Counted from the stretch's first letter, positions 46,380 to 56,057 are shown. The stretch: 59,300 nucleotides of DNA from Deltaproteobacteria bacterium (GCA_016936905.1 JAFGWZ010000003.1:1-59300), one strand, 5' to 3'. Numbers and translations are program-made. Notes: generated by a model not told the origin, from the letters alone.

Positions 46380-48101
46380 ATGTGGCACTCCCTTTTTGAG
46401 AAGACCTCAGAAAAGAAACAGGGATTAAAATATACATTTATTATCATTGAATCGCTGGTTTTTCTCCTTCCCCTTTTTGTCCTTTTTTATATCTTTCATC
46501 AACGGGACATTTCTCTTGACTCGTCACATCTCATACTGCTGGCAATGATCATTCTTCTCATATTGTCCGGCCTCGTGATACTTCGCCACGTGTTTGAAAG
46601 TTTTTCCTCCTTTGGCGAGCTCATAAAGAAGGCGGCTGAGGACGGTCAAACCGTTTCTTGGGATATACGGAAAGATGTTGCCGAGTTGGAAGAGATATCA
46701 ACCTCATTTATGCAATACATGGAGAAATTTGAAAAGGTAACGGAGGATTTAAGTCGAAAGACATCAGAATTAAAGGTATTGAAAGAACTGGCGGAATCGG
46801 TAGGTAAAACCCTGGACATTGATGCCTTGCTGAATATCATTTTGAATAAGGCATTGGAACTCAAGCGGGCGAAAATGGGGTCGGTATTTATCGTTGATCA
46901 TGCCGGGAGGCAACTGCGTCTGGCGGGAAACAGGGGTATTGATTCTCTTGTAAAAAATTCTCTAATAAGTATTGATAGATCCCTTCTCAGACATGTCGTC
47001 ACTGAGGGAAGATCGCTTATCGTCAAGGATATTGAAAATGATCCGAGGACCCTTAAGAAAAATGACCCCAGATACGGTGCCCCTTCATTTCTGAGCATGC
47101 CCGTTTTTGCGGGGAATGAACTGATCGCTATTTTGACCCTTGCCAACAAGGAAAACGGTGAGGTTTTTGATGCATCTGATGAAGAAATATTATCCATCAT
47201 GTTGACTGAAACAGGTTTTGCCCTTGAAAACGCACTTCTCCATTCAAGGGCCGAAGAGCACTTGAAGGAAATAGAAGAGCGAAATGTAACGCTGGAACAG
47301 GAAATTGCGGAGCGAAAGCGGGCTGAGAATAAATTGATTAACGCATTGCGTGAACTCGAAGAGGCGAAAGATATGGTCGTCCAGTCCGAGAAATTCGCTG
47401 CCATAGGACAGTTGACGGCTGGCGTCGCCCATGAGATCCTTAATCCCGTGAATATTATCGCTATGGAATTGCAGATGTTGCTGGGGATGAAAAATATTTC
47501 ACCGGAAGTACACGAAGAATTAAATGTCTGCATGGATCAAATAGACCGTATCGTTGTCATTGCACAAAATCTCAAGCAGTTATCGCGCATCCCGGTTAAA
47601 AAAACCGTCATGGCCGATATCAATAATGTCATCGCTCATGTTCTGGCGTTATATGCAACACAGTTCAGAATAGAGGAAATAGAAACAGAAGCACACTACC
47701 AGCCAGATCTGCCTGAGATTGCCATGGACAAAGAAAAAATAGAACAGGTTATAATAAATTTGATTACAAACGCCATGGCCGCAATGGACTGGAAAGAGGC
47801 AAAAAGACTTCGCATAAAGACCGAACGAGAATCTCTTCACCAGAATAAAGATGAAATAAAAATAATGATTGCCGACAACGGAACGGGTATTACGTCTGAA
47901 CATATGTCAAAAATATTCGACCCGTTCTTTACCACTAAAGGACAGGGGAAAGGAACGGGGCTGGGGCTTTCCATATCGTACGGAATAGTTCATGATCATG
48001 GAGGCACAATCTGGGCGGAAAACAATGAATGGGGGGGAGCATCTTTTTATGTAAGGATTCCCGTTAAAACCGATATTGACAATGCCCGAAAAGGAGATTG
48101 A
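46380..48101 (+). CDS. Sensor histidine kinase (2 TM, coiled linker, GAF, HisKA, HATPase_c)
   Basis: It has a GAF-like region LDIDALLNIILNKALELKRAKMGSVFIVD..., the H-box FAAIGQLTAGVAHEILNPVN, the N-box NLITNAMAAM, and the G-boxes DNGTGI and GTGLGLSISYGIV. A GGAGGGG RBS precedes the ATG. Confidence 0.85.
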   Translation: MWHSLFEKTSEKKQGLKYTFIIIESLVFLLPLFVLFYIFHQRDISLDSSHLILLAMIILLILSGLVILRHVFESFSSFGELIKKAAEDGQTVSWDIRKDVAELEEISTSFMQYMEKFEKVTEDLSRKTSELKVLKELAESVGKTLDIDALLNIILNKALELKRAKMGSVFIVDHAGRQLRLAGNRGIDSLVKNSLISIDRSLLRHVVTEGRSLIVKDIENDPRTLKKNDPRYGAPSFLSMPVFAGNELIAILTLANKENGEVFDASDEEILSIMLTETGFALENALLHSRAEEHLKEIEERNVTLEQEIAERKRAENKLINALRELEEAKDMVVQSEKFAAIGQLTAGVAHEILNPVNIIAMELQMLLGMKNISPEVHEELNVCMDQIDRIVVIAQNLKQLSRIPVKKTVMADINNVIAHVLALYATQFRIEEIETEAHYQPDLPEIAMDKEKIEQVIINLITNAMAAMDWKEAKRLRIKTERESLHQNKDEIKIMIADNGTGITSEHMSKIFDPFFTTKGQGKGTGLGLSISYGIVHDHGGTIWAENNEWGGASFYVRIPVKTDIDNARKGD

Positions 48102-48108
48102 TAATCGA

Positions 48109-48495
48109 ATGGATAGAAGAATACTTGTTGTCGATGATGAAATCCATGTCGTGCGGTTGTTGCAGAAGTACCTGGCATCGAAATCATATGAGGTATACAC
48201 AGCGACGGACGGAGCGGAGGCTCTCCAAATGGTAAAAGACGTGAGGCCGCACATCGTACTGCTTGACATCATCATGCCGGGCATCGGGGGCATTGAAACT
48301 CTAAAAGAAATAAAGAAAATAAATCCTGAAACGGCCGTTATTATGATTACCGCCGTAGTCGATGAAGAACTTGCTAATAGATCCCTTAAATTGGGTGCCG
48401 ATGACTACATCCCCAAACCTATAGATCTTGAATACATTGATACAGTCCTTTTACTTAAGTCAATTGATCTTCTGAGCTTGCGTGATAACGGGTAA
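48109..48495 (+). CDS. Stand-alone receiver-domain response regulator (CheY-like)
   Basis: MDRRILVVDDE...HIVLLDIIMPG...MITA...KLGADDYIPKP. There is no output domain. The ATG at 48109 is 12 nt from AAGGAG. Confidence 0.85.
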   Translation: MDRRILVVDDEIHVVRLLQKYLASKSYEVYTATDGAEALQMVKDVRPHIVLLDIIMPGIGGIETLKEIKKINPETAVIMITAVVDEELANRSLKLGADDYIPKPIDLEYIDTVLLLKSIDLLSLRDNG

Positions 48496-48526
48496 ATTGA
48501 TAAAGACGATACATCTTCATGGCATT

Positions 48527-48552
48527 GGTTCAATTTCCCTGCGCTTCCTCCA
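48527..48552 (+). repeat. Right copy (attR-like) of the tRNA-Sec 3'-end direct repeat
   Basis: GGTTCAATTTCCCTGCGCTTCCTCCA lies 32 nt after the response-regulator stop and matches 45142-45167 at 21/26 positions. Confidence 0.6.
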
Positions 48553-48659
48553 TTGTTTATTATGTCGGGAGCATATCAAATTACGATGCCGCAAAAAGAG
48601 AAGGAATCGATCACTTATGACCAATACCTTCTCTTTTTATTTCAGTTGCCGGAATATTC

Positions 48660-50687
48660 TTATTTCGTGTAGAATCGGTAGTCCACCACAGAGACCCCCT
48701 GATCATAGACCAGTACGGGGTTGAGATCGATCTGGTCGATTTCGGGATGGTCCGACACAAGCCGCGATAACGCTTTCATGAGCGCGATTAGGGCTTTCCG
48801 GTCTTTCGGCTTCTGACCCCGCACTCCCGCAAGCAGTGGGTATCCCTTAATATCCTTCATCATCCTGAGGAATTCTTCTTCACCGGCGGGCAGGAGGCAG
48901 AACCGTACGTCCTTGTATATTTCCGTGAAGATCCCTCCCAGTCCGAACATGAGGGATGAGCCGTACTGGGGATCAGAGATAACGCCGACGATCACTTCGG
49001 TTCCTCCCGGTCGTGCCATGGGCGAAACGGTGACGCCGTCAATTGCGGCCCCGGGAACATGTGCCGCGACGGATGAAAAGATTTCTTCATAGCCACGGCG
49101 GACGGCATCATCGCTAGTAAGATTGAGTTGCACGCCCCCCGCGTCACTCTTGTGGGACACATCGGGTGAATCGACTTTCAGGACAACGGGCAGCCCCAGT
49201 TCGTTTGCCCGTCCAACAGCATCATCTGCAGATGATGCAGATAATGCTTCCACGGCGGGAATCCCATACTCCTTCAGGAGAGCCACCGCGTCTACGGGGG
49301 ACATGAGGCGTAAGGGAGTTGTCGCCGCATGGGGTGCTGTTTCAGCAGGCCCCTCTTCAGTCTCGTCAAAACGGAAAAACTGATACAGGGCCTTTATACC
49401 CCGCTCCGGGGTGGGAAACGCGGGAACCCCCTTCTGGTGCATGAGTGCCGTTTCTTCCCGTTCCACGTCGGCACCGCCGCAGAAGATGACCAGTTCCGAC
49501 TCGCCGGGGGTTACCATATCGGACGCTCCGTGAATGGGATCTCCGAAGAGGAGTACCATGGCATCGAATTCTGACCGGGCCTCCTTCATAACACGGGCAT
49601 ACAGGCTCGGGTCCGTGATGGCATCTCCGGTGAGGTCGACAGGATTACTGACTCCGCAGTGATCGGACAGGAACGACCTCAGCCTTTCCTGCAGAGATGC
49701 GCTGGGAACGGGTACCTTAAATCCGAGATTTTCCGCCTGGTCGATGGCCAGAATGGCAATCCCCCCGGAACTGGAAATTGTGAGCAGCCGTTTACCCGGA
49801 GGCTTTTTCATATACGCAAGGGCCTTGGCAAAATCATAGAGTTCTTCCAGCGTATCGGCCCGGTGTACCTTGTATTTTCTGAATATGGCGTCGTAGATCG
49901 CGTCGCTTCCCGCCATTGATTTGGTATGGCTCTCGGCAGCCTTCCGACCCCATGCCGTCCGGCCCGCTTTCAGAATCACCACAGGCTTTGTTACCTTCGA
50001 CAGGACATCGAGAAAAGCGTCGGGTCGTTTGACCCCTTCCATATAGAGGGCGATTACTTTGGTGTTCGGGTCTTCATTAAAATACCTGATACAGTCCGAT
50101 TCATCCACGTCCGCCCTGTTTCCCAGACTGACGAAGACGCTGACGCCGAGATTATCTTCGCTCGCCCAGTCCATCAATGCCGCGCCGACGGTGCCGCTCT
50201 GGGCAACAAACGCCATCCCCCCCCTGTTGGTAAGCAGAGGCCATGAGGCACAGAGGCGGGCATAGGGGCTGTTCACCCCCCGACAGTTGGGGCCGATGAT
50301 CCGTATTCCGTATTGCCGGGCGATGCGGGCCATCTCTTCCTGGAGCTTTTCCCCTTCTTCTCCCGCTTCCGAAAAGCCCCCGGTAACAACGATTGCCGCT
50401 TTCACCCCCGCTTCGCCGCACTGCTGGATCGCCGCCGGGACCATCCTGGCGGGAATGAGTACGACGGCCAGGTCCGCCGGTTCCGGTGTCGATCCGATAT
50501 CCTTGTAAACCTTCAGCCCCAGAAGTTCTTCCGCCTTTGGATTGATCGGGTAGATCGGCCCTTCAAACCCGGCATGAATCAGGTTATACAGGACGTCGTG
50601 ACCAAGCTTTCCCGGCGTGCCGGAAGCTCCGATGAGCGCCACGCTACGAGGCCTGAAGATGGCGTCCATTGTTCTCAACAATTCCAT
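48660..50687 (-). CDS. ADP-forming acetyl-/acyl-CoA synthetase (fused alpha-beta, NDP-forming family)
   Basis: It has FRPRSVALIGASGTPGKLGHDV, PINPK, VVTGGFSEAGEEG, GPNCRGV and SGGIAILA plus a C-terminal ATP-grasp region. It is 675 aa. Confidence 0.9.
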   Translation of the reverse strand: MELLRTMDAIFRPRSVALIGASGTPGKLGHDVLYNLIHAGFEGPIYPINPKAEELLGLKVYKDIGSTPEPADLAVVLIPARMVPAAIQQCGEAGVKAAIVVTGGFSEAGEEGEKLQEEMARIARQYGIRIIGPNCRGVNSPYARLCASWPLLTNRGGMAFVAQSGTVGAALMDWASEDNLGVSVFVSLGNRADVDESDCIRYFNEDPNTKVIALYMEGVKRPDAFLDVLSKVTKPVVILKAGRTAWGRKAAESHTKSMAGSDAIYDAIFRKYKVHRADTLEELYDFAKALAYMKKPPGKRLLTISSSGGIAILAIDQAENLGFKVPVPSASLQERLRSFLSDHCGVSNPVDLTGDAITDPSLYARVMKEARSEFDAMVLLFGDPIHGASDMVTPGESELVIFCGGADVEREETALMHQKGVPAFPTPERGIKALYQFFRFDETEEGPAETAPHAATTPLRLMSPVDAVALLKEYGIPAVEALSASSADDAVGRANELGLPVVLKVDSPDVSHKSDAGGVQLNLTSDDAVRRGYEEIFSSVAAHVPGAAIDGVTVSPMARPGGTEVIVGVISDPQYGSSLMFGLGGIFTEIYKDVRFCLLPAGEEEFLRMMKDIKGYPLLAGVRGQKPKDRKALIALMKALSRLVSDHPEIDQIDLNPVLVYDQGVSVVDYRFYTK

Positions 50688-50812
50688 TTTCCCTCCTTAT
50701 TGTGTGGTTATTGTAAAGACATACATGCGACAGGGCACCTTGACGGGACGAGATACACTACCACAGCCGCCGGGGATTTTCCATGATTAAGTTCGGCAGA
50801 CCTACCCGGCAG

Positions 50813-50854
50813 AACCTATTTATCCTTGATATAATAGGTTGTATTGACTATAAC
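50813..50854 (+). promoter_or_regulatory. Candidate promoter with an overlapping 8-bp inverted repeat (possible operator) upstream of the MBL gene
   Basis: AACCTATT (50813-50820) pairs with AATAGGTT (50833-50840). The promoter reads TTGATA (50826-50831), 17-nt spacer, TATAAC (50849-50854). Confidence 0.4.
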
Positions 50855-50936
50855 TGTTGTCACGCATGGGGTCCGTGTTCCCTGCGAATAAGCAGACTGA
50901 CCGGAACACATGGTCACGAAGGGGGAAGAAACATTT

Positions 50937-51830
50937 ATGAGAAACACAAAGGCGGGAAAGATTGCCGACAATCTCTGGTACCTCGGACGGGAAGAATCGG
51001 GTATCTACCTTCTCGAGGGAAACGAAAGTTCAATCATCATCAACGGAGGGCTGAGTTATATCCTGCCCGACGTGCTTCAGCAGATGAAGGATTTCGGCAT
51101 CGTCACGGATAAGATCAAACGGCTCCTCGTTCTCCATTCTCATTTCGACCACGCGGGAATCGTTCCTTACTTTAAACGAACCTGGCCGGACATTGAGATA
51201 TGCGCCTCTGAACCGGCATGGAAGATATTTGCCATGCCCAAGGCAATCGAAATAATGAATCAGTTCAGCCAGCTTGTGGCCGACCAGATGGGTGCGGGCG
51301 ACGTCCTGAAACCGTACGACCATCTCTGGAGCAACGATATAACCGGCACGATTGTTTCCGAGGGGGACCGTATTGATCTCGGTGGCACTGAACTGACCAT
51401 CATGGAAACCCCGGGGCATTCACATTGCTCCATCACCGCCTTCGAACCGGTGATGAAGGCCTTGTTCGCCTCCGACGCGGTGGGCATTCCTTACCGGAAC
51501 ACGGCATTCCCGTCTGGCAACACAAATTACACTCAGTTTCAGGAAACGTTGGAACGATTGAAGTCGCTTCCGGTCAAATACGTCTGCTGCGACCATTACG
51601 GCTATATAACGGGAGATGAAGCGGCCACGTTCGTCGACGTCTCCATCGAAGAAGCGCGTAAAATGAGAAAAGAAATGGAAGATATGTATCGCGCTACCGG
51701 AGACATCGATGCGGCCGCGGCGGCCATAACAACCGCCTTCTATGATAAAAGCCCTGATTACTTCATTTCCTCGGATATTCTCGAAGGGGTTTTCAAACAG
51801 ATGGTAAAGCATCTCTCCAAGAGCATGTGA
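50937..51830 (+). CDS. MBL-fold metallo-hydrolase
   Basis: It has the HxHxDH motif (LHSHFDHAG) and a later ETPGHSHCS. The ATG at 50937 follows GGGGGA. Confidence 0.8.
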   Translation: MRNTKAGKIADNLWYLGREESGIYLLEGNESSIIINGGLSYILPDVLQQMKDFGIVTDKIKRLLVLHSHFDHAGIVPYFKRTWPDIEICASEPAWKIFAMPKAIEIMNQFSQLVADQMGAGDVLKPYDHLWSNDITGTIVSEGDRIDLGGTELTIMETPGHSHCSITAFEPVMKALFASDAVGIPYRNTAFPSGNTNYTQFQETLERLKSLPVKYVCCDHYGYITGDEAATFVDVSIEEARKMRKEMEDMYRATGDIDAAAAAITTAFYDKSPDYFISSDILEGVFKQMVKHLSKSM

Positions 51831-51899
51831 TGGGGAGCAGAAAAACGGCCGTCAGCTTTGTGAAAACGGTGGCAAGATATCCGGCAGTGGAGGTGACCG

Positions 51900-52688
51900 A
51901 TGTTTTTGGCAAAAAAGATAATATCCCAATTTCTTATGCCGATGACGCTGTGCTTTTTATGCGGCCTTGCAGGACTGTTTTTCCTTTGGCTGACAAGACG
52001 GCAGCGTGCCGGCAAAGTGCTGATAACCGCCGGCCTCCTTGCGCTCATGGTTCTCAGCTTCGGTGCCGTTCCCGATTATATGCTCCGATCGCTGGAACGG
52101 CAGTATCCTCAATATAATAAGCGTATCACAAATGAAATCCTGAAATCGGAGAACAGGCTTCCTTTGCAGTACGTCGTGGTGCTCGGCGGAGGGCATATTC
52201 AAGATCCCGACGTGCCAATATTCAGCCAAATCAGCACAAGCACTCTCGCACGTCTCGCAGAAGGAATCTCACTCTGGCGGCAAAATCCCGGCAGCAGGCT
52301 CGTTCTGTCCGGAGGCGCCGTTTTCGATTCCATGTCTGAGGCGAAAATGATGGAGCGGGCGGCCACGGAACTCGGGGTACCCCCGGATCAGGTCATCCTG
52401 GAAGGGCAGTCACGGGATACCATCGAAGAGGTCCGTCTCTTGAAGTCGATTGTGAAGGATGATCCCTTTCTCCTGGTTACGTCGGCGTATCACATGCCCC
52501 GGGCGATGGCCATGTTCAAGAAAGAGGGGATCAGGCCGATTCCCGCACCGGCGGACTACCAGGTAAAGCAGCCCCCCGCTCGCAGCCCCGCATCCTTCTT
52601 TCCCCATGCCGACAATATCGACAACGCCCAAACTGCTATTCATGAATATCTGGGCATGATGTGGGCCAGATTGAGAGGGCAGATATAG
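51900..52688 (+). CDS. ElyC/SanA/YdcF (DUF218) family envelope protein
   Basis: It has an N-terminal TM segment, then YVVVLGGGH, LVLSGG, SEAKMM, ILEGQSRDTIEE and LVTSAYHMPRA. Confidence 0.75.
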   Translation: MFLAKKIISQFLMPMTLCFLCGLAGLFFLWLTRRQRAGKVLITAGLLALMVLSFGAVPDYMLRSLERQYPQYNKRITNEILKSENRLPLQYVVVLGGGHIQDPDVPIFSQISTSTLARLAEGISLWRQNPGSRLVLSGGAVFDSMSEAKMMERAATELGVPPDQVILEGQSRDTIEEVRLLKSIVKDDPFLLVTSAYHMPRAMAMFKKEGIRPIPAPADYQVKQPPARSPASFFPHADNIDNAQTAIHEYLGMMWARLRGQI

Positions 52689-53017
52689 ACGGGCCGTTGA
52701 AAAAGTCATTGCATGAGGCTGGGTTGTTTCAACTGTTTGTCAAATGAAGTGCCCGCAGAGCCCGTTGCCCGGATTCACGTGACCGGACATCATAAAGAAG
52801 GCTAAGGGCTCAAGGAAAAACAGTTGACCGTCCTTAACCTTTTGCCCTTGGCACTTAGCCTGTAATCGCCCTTCGCCTTGCTCATCTATACCGTGAATCG
52901 GATGGTAATCAACACGTCAAAAGACTGTTGATGTCATGACGGCAGGGGAACCCTTCGGAGGGTCATTACCCCCTAAAGAGATGTCGATTGGTGCTTGACG
53001 TGACAAGCCCTGAAGCC

Positions 53018-54499
53018 CTACCCGATTGTCCAGGTCGTCGTTTCAGGCGTATCTTTCAGGGTGATCTTCTTTGATACGAGATGATCCCGTATCTCGTCGG
53101 CCTTTTTCCAGTTCCCGGCAGCCCGGGCTTTCTGCCGTTCTTCGATAAGCCGTTCAATTTCATCAATATTCAGGCCGAACTTTGCCGCTTCTCTCTTCTT
53201 GTCCTGCTCAAAATAATCATCAGGGTCCTCCAGAAACAATCCCAGTACCTTGCCGACTTCCCTGATGGCCGTCATTGCCGCATTGAGAACATAGAGAGCC
53301 TCGGGGGTGGGCCGGAATTTCTTGTCCGAGCAATACCCGTTGATCAGCCTGACCACATCGAAGATATAGCCGAGGGCCCGCGCCGTGTTGAAATCATCGT
53401 CCATCGCTTCCGTGAATCGTTCCGGAAGAGTGGTAACCTTTTCAAATATCGCCTCATCGTTGCCGGTCAGACTTTTCGACGAAAGAGCCGAAAAATCAAT
53501 ATCCGTGGCAAGATACTGCTTGATGTTCCGGAGGGTGCCGTAAAACCGCTCCATGCCGAGACGGGCTTCAGCCAGCGATTCATCGGAAAAATCGACAGGG
53601 CTCCGGTAATGACTGTGCATCATGAACAGCCTCAGCACCTCGGGATGATACTGATTCATCGCCTCACGCATATTAAAGATGTTGCCGAGGGATTTGGACA
53701 TCTTCTCCTGATTCACCCGTATAAACCCATTGTGAATCCAATACCGGGCAAAGATTTCTCCGCTTGCTCCCTCCGCCTGGGCGATCTCGTTTTCGTGATG
53801 GGGAAAGATCAGGTCTCTTCCTCCGCCATGGATGTCAAACGTCGTTCCCAGAAATCGCTGACTCATGACGGAACATTCGATATGCCACCCCGGCCGTCCC
53901 CGTCCCCATGGACTGTCCCACCACGGCTCTCCTTCCTTTGCCGATTTCCACAGGATAAAGTCCAGGGGGTTTGTTTTCTTTTCGTCAACTTCGATTCGAG
54001 CGCCGGCGACCATCTCTTCGATATGTCGCCCCGATAATTTCCCGTATTGCTTAAACTTGCCCACCGAGAAATAGACATCGCCGTCGACATCATAGGCCAA
54101 CCCTTTCTCGATCAGCGTCGAAATGAGTCGAATCATACCCTGTATGTTTTCAGTCGCCTTCGGTGTCATCGTCGGCCGTGCAATGCCGAACCTGTCCATG
54201 TCTTCATTATGTTCTTTTATGTATCGTTCCGATATCTCGGATATATCCGTTCCTTCTTCGTTTGCCTTCGCGATTATTTTGTCATCGACATCGGTGAAAT
54301 TCTTTACATATGTTACGTTGTATCCCCTGTACTTGAAGTATTTGAAAATGACGTCAAAGACAACTGCCGACCGGGCATGGCCGATATGACACATGTCGTA
54401 GGCGGTAATCCCGCAGACATACATCCCTACCTTGCCCTCCTCAAGGGGAACAAATTCTTCCTTTTTGTTCGTCATCGTATTGTAGAATCGGACGGACAT
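53018..54499 (-). CDS. cysS: Cysteine--tRNA ligase
   Basis: MYVCGITAYDMCHIGHAR (HIGH) and KMSKSLGN (KMSKS) are present. I prefer the ATG at 54499, which gives 493 aa. The tracked longer ORF would overlap argC. Confidence 0.9.
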   Translation of the reverse strand: MSVRFYNTMTNKKEEFVPLEEGKVGMYVCGITAYDMCHIGHARSAVVFDVIFKYFKYRGYNVTYVKNFTDVDDKIIAKANEEGTDISEISERYIKEHNEDMDRFGIARPTMTPKATENIQGMIRLISTLIEKGLAYDVDGDVYFSVGKFKQYGKLSGRHIEEMVAGARIEVDEKKTNPLDFILWKSAKEGEPWWDSPWGRGRPGWHIECSVMSQRFLGTTFDIHGGGRDLIFPHHENEIAQAEGASGEIFARYWIHNGFIRVNQEKMSKSLGNIFNMREAMNQYHPEVLRLFMMHSHYRSPVDFSDESLAEARLGMERFYGTLRNIKQYLATDIDFSALSSKSLTGNDEAIFEKVTTLPERFTEAMDDDFNTARALGYIFDVVRLINGYCSDKKFRPTPEALYVLNAAMTAIREVGKVLGLFLEDPDDYFEQDKKREAAKFGLNIDEIERLIEERQKARAAGNWKKADEIRDHLVSKKITLKDTPETTTWTIG

Positions 54500-54543
54500 G
54501 TAACCATTCCTCTCTTCCTGTTGTCTTCGATGAACGGCCGTGA

Positions 54544-55581
54544 CTATGGGAAGAGCGGGACTAACTTCAATCCCGTATCTTCCGGTAACCCGCACATAAT
54601 GTTCATGTTCTGTACCGCCTGGCCGGAGGCACCCTTTATGAGATTGTCGATCGACGACACTATTATCACTCTTCCCGTTCTCTCGTCAAGGGTAAGTCCG
54701 ATGTCGCAGTAGTTCGAACCTTTCACCGATGAGATATTGGGAAACATCCCTTCGTCGGCGACCCTTACGAATTGCTCATCTCGGTAAAACTGCTTATACA
54801 TGTCGATGAGCTCTCCTGTCGATGTTTCCCTCTGCAGCGTGGCATAGCTTGTACTAAGAATGCCCCTGTTCACCGGGATAAGATGGGGAACGAATGTCAC
54901 CACGACATCACGCCCCGCCAGCACGCTTAATTCCTGATTTATTTCCGGGGTATGGCGATGTTTCCCAATCTTGTATGCCTTGAATCCCTCATTCACCTCG
55001 CAGAAGAGAGACCCTGTTGATGGTTCACGGCCGGCGCCGCTCACACCTGATTTTGAATCGACAATAATGGATGAAGCATCGACGACAGATTCTTTCAGAA
55101 TCGGCGCCAGCCCGAGAATGACGCCGGTGGGGTAACAGCCGGGATTGGCCACAAGATCGGATCCCACGATATCGTCTCGGTACAGTTCAGGAAGTCCGTA
55201 GACGGCTCGGTCAATCAGGTGGGGCGACGTATGGCGCTTATACCACGATTCATAGACATTGATATCCCTTAGCCGATAGTCGGCGCTGAGATCGATGACC
55301 TTTGTCCCTGAATCCAGGAACAGAGGAGCCACCTCCATCGCCTCCCCATGGGGAACGGCGAGGAAAACAACATCGCAGAGACCGGCAAGATCTTCCGGTG
55401 ACGCATCCACATACTCCGCCTCGGTCAGCCCCCTGAAAATGGGGTACACATCTGCCACGGGCATTCCCTTATACTTCCGCGATGTCACTGCGATAACCCT
55501 TGATTCGTCATGACGAATCAGGATTTTCATCAGCTCCTGCCCCGTATACCCGCTGCCGCCATAAATACCCACCGTGATCAT
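54544..55581 (-). CDS. argC: N-acetyl-gamma-glutamyl-phosphate reductase
   Basis: It has GIYGGSGYTGQEL and ANPGCYPTG (catalytic Cys) and is 345 aa. Confidence 0.9.
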   Translation of the reverse strand: MITVGIYGGSGYTGQELMKILIRHDESRVIAVTSRKYKGMPVADVYPIFRGLTEAEYVDASPEDLAGLCDVVFLAVPHGEAMEVAPLFLDSGTKVIDLSADYRLRDINVYESWYKRHTSPHLIDRAVYGLPELYRDDIVGSDLVANPGCYPTGVILGLAPILKESVVDASSIIVDSKSGVSGAGREPSTGSLFCEVNEGFKAYKIGKHRHTPEINQELSVLAGRDVVVTFVPHLIPVNRGILSTSYATLQRETSTGELIDMYKQFYRDEQFVRVADEGMFPNISSVKGSNYCDIGLTLDERTGRVIIVSSIDNLIKGASGQAVQNMNIMCGLPEDTGLKLVPLFP

Positions 55582-55631
55582 GATACCCTCCTCACAAAAA
55601 AAAGGAGGCGTCAGCCCCCTTTCCCATCGAT

Positions 55632-56024
55632 TTACCGCTTTGAATACTGGAACCTCTTTCGTGCTCCGGGCTGCCCGTATTTCTTGCGCTCCTTCACTCG
55701 ATCATCACGGGTGAGGAGTCCTGCTTTTTTCAGTATGGGCCTGAACTCTTCGTCATACTCAGCGAGGACTTTCGATATTCCATGTTTCACGGCGCCGGCC
55801 TGTCCGGAGATCCCTCCGCCGCTGACATTGATATAGAAATCAAAAGAATCCTTTTTCCCCACAAGGCTCAGTGGCTGTTCAATAATTCGTATGAGGCTAT
55901 CACCGGGGAAATATGTTCGGACATCCCCTTTATTGATAATCCAGGCCCCATTTCCTTCTTTCATCCAGACCCTGGCGATCGCCGTTTTTCTTTTCCCTGT
56001 CGCATAGTATCTTTTTTCTGTCAT
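55632..56024 (-). CDS. rpsI: 30S ribosomal protein S9
   Basis: YYATGKRKTAIARVW is present and the protein ends in the canonical KRFQYSKR. The ATG at 56024 follows GGTGGAG. Confidence 0.9.
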   Translation of the reverse strand: MTEKRYYATGKRKTAIARVWMKEGNGAWIINKGDVRTYFPGDSLIRIIEQPLSLVGKKDSFDFYINVSGGGISGQAGAVKHGISKVLAEYDEEFRPILKKAGLLTRDDRVKERKKYGQPGARKRFQYSKR

Positions 56025-56057
56025 CGTAGACTCCACCGCGTAATTGTTTCTTGGACC

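Larger units (their letters stand above)
45168..48552. mobile_element. Degenerate tRNA-Sec-associated integrated islet (dead integrase, AT-rich spacer, two-component pair)
   Basis: It is bounded by the tRNA 3' end and its imperfect repeat. Integrase remnants lie directly next to selC. The sequence is visibly AT-richer than the flanking moeA and acd genes. Confidence 0.5.
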
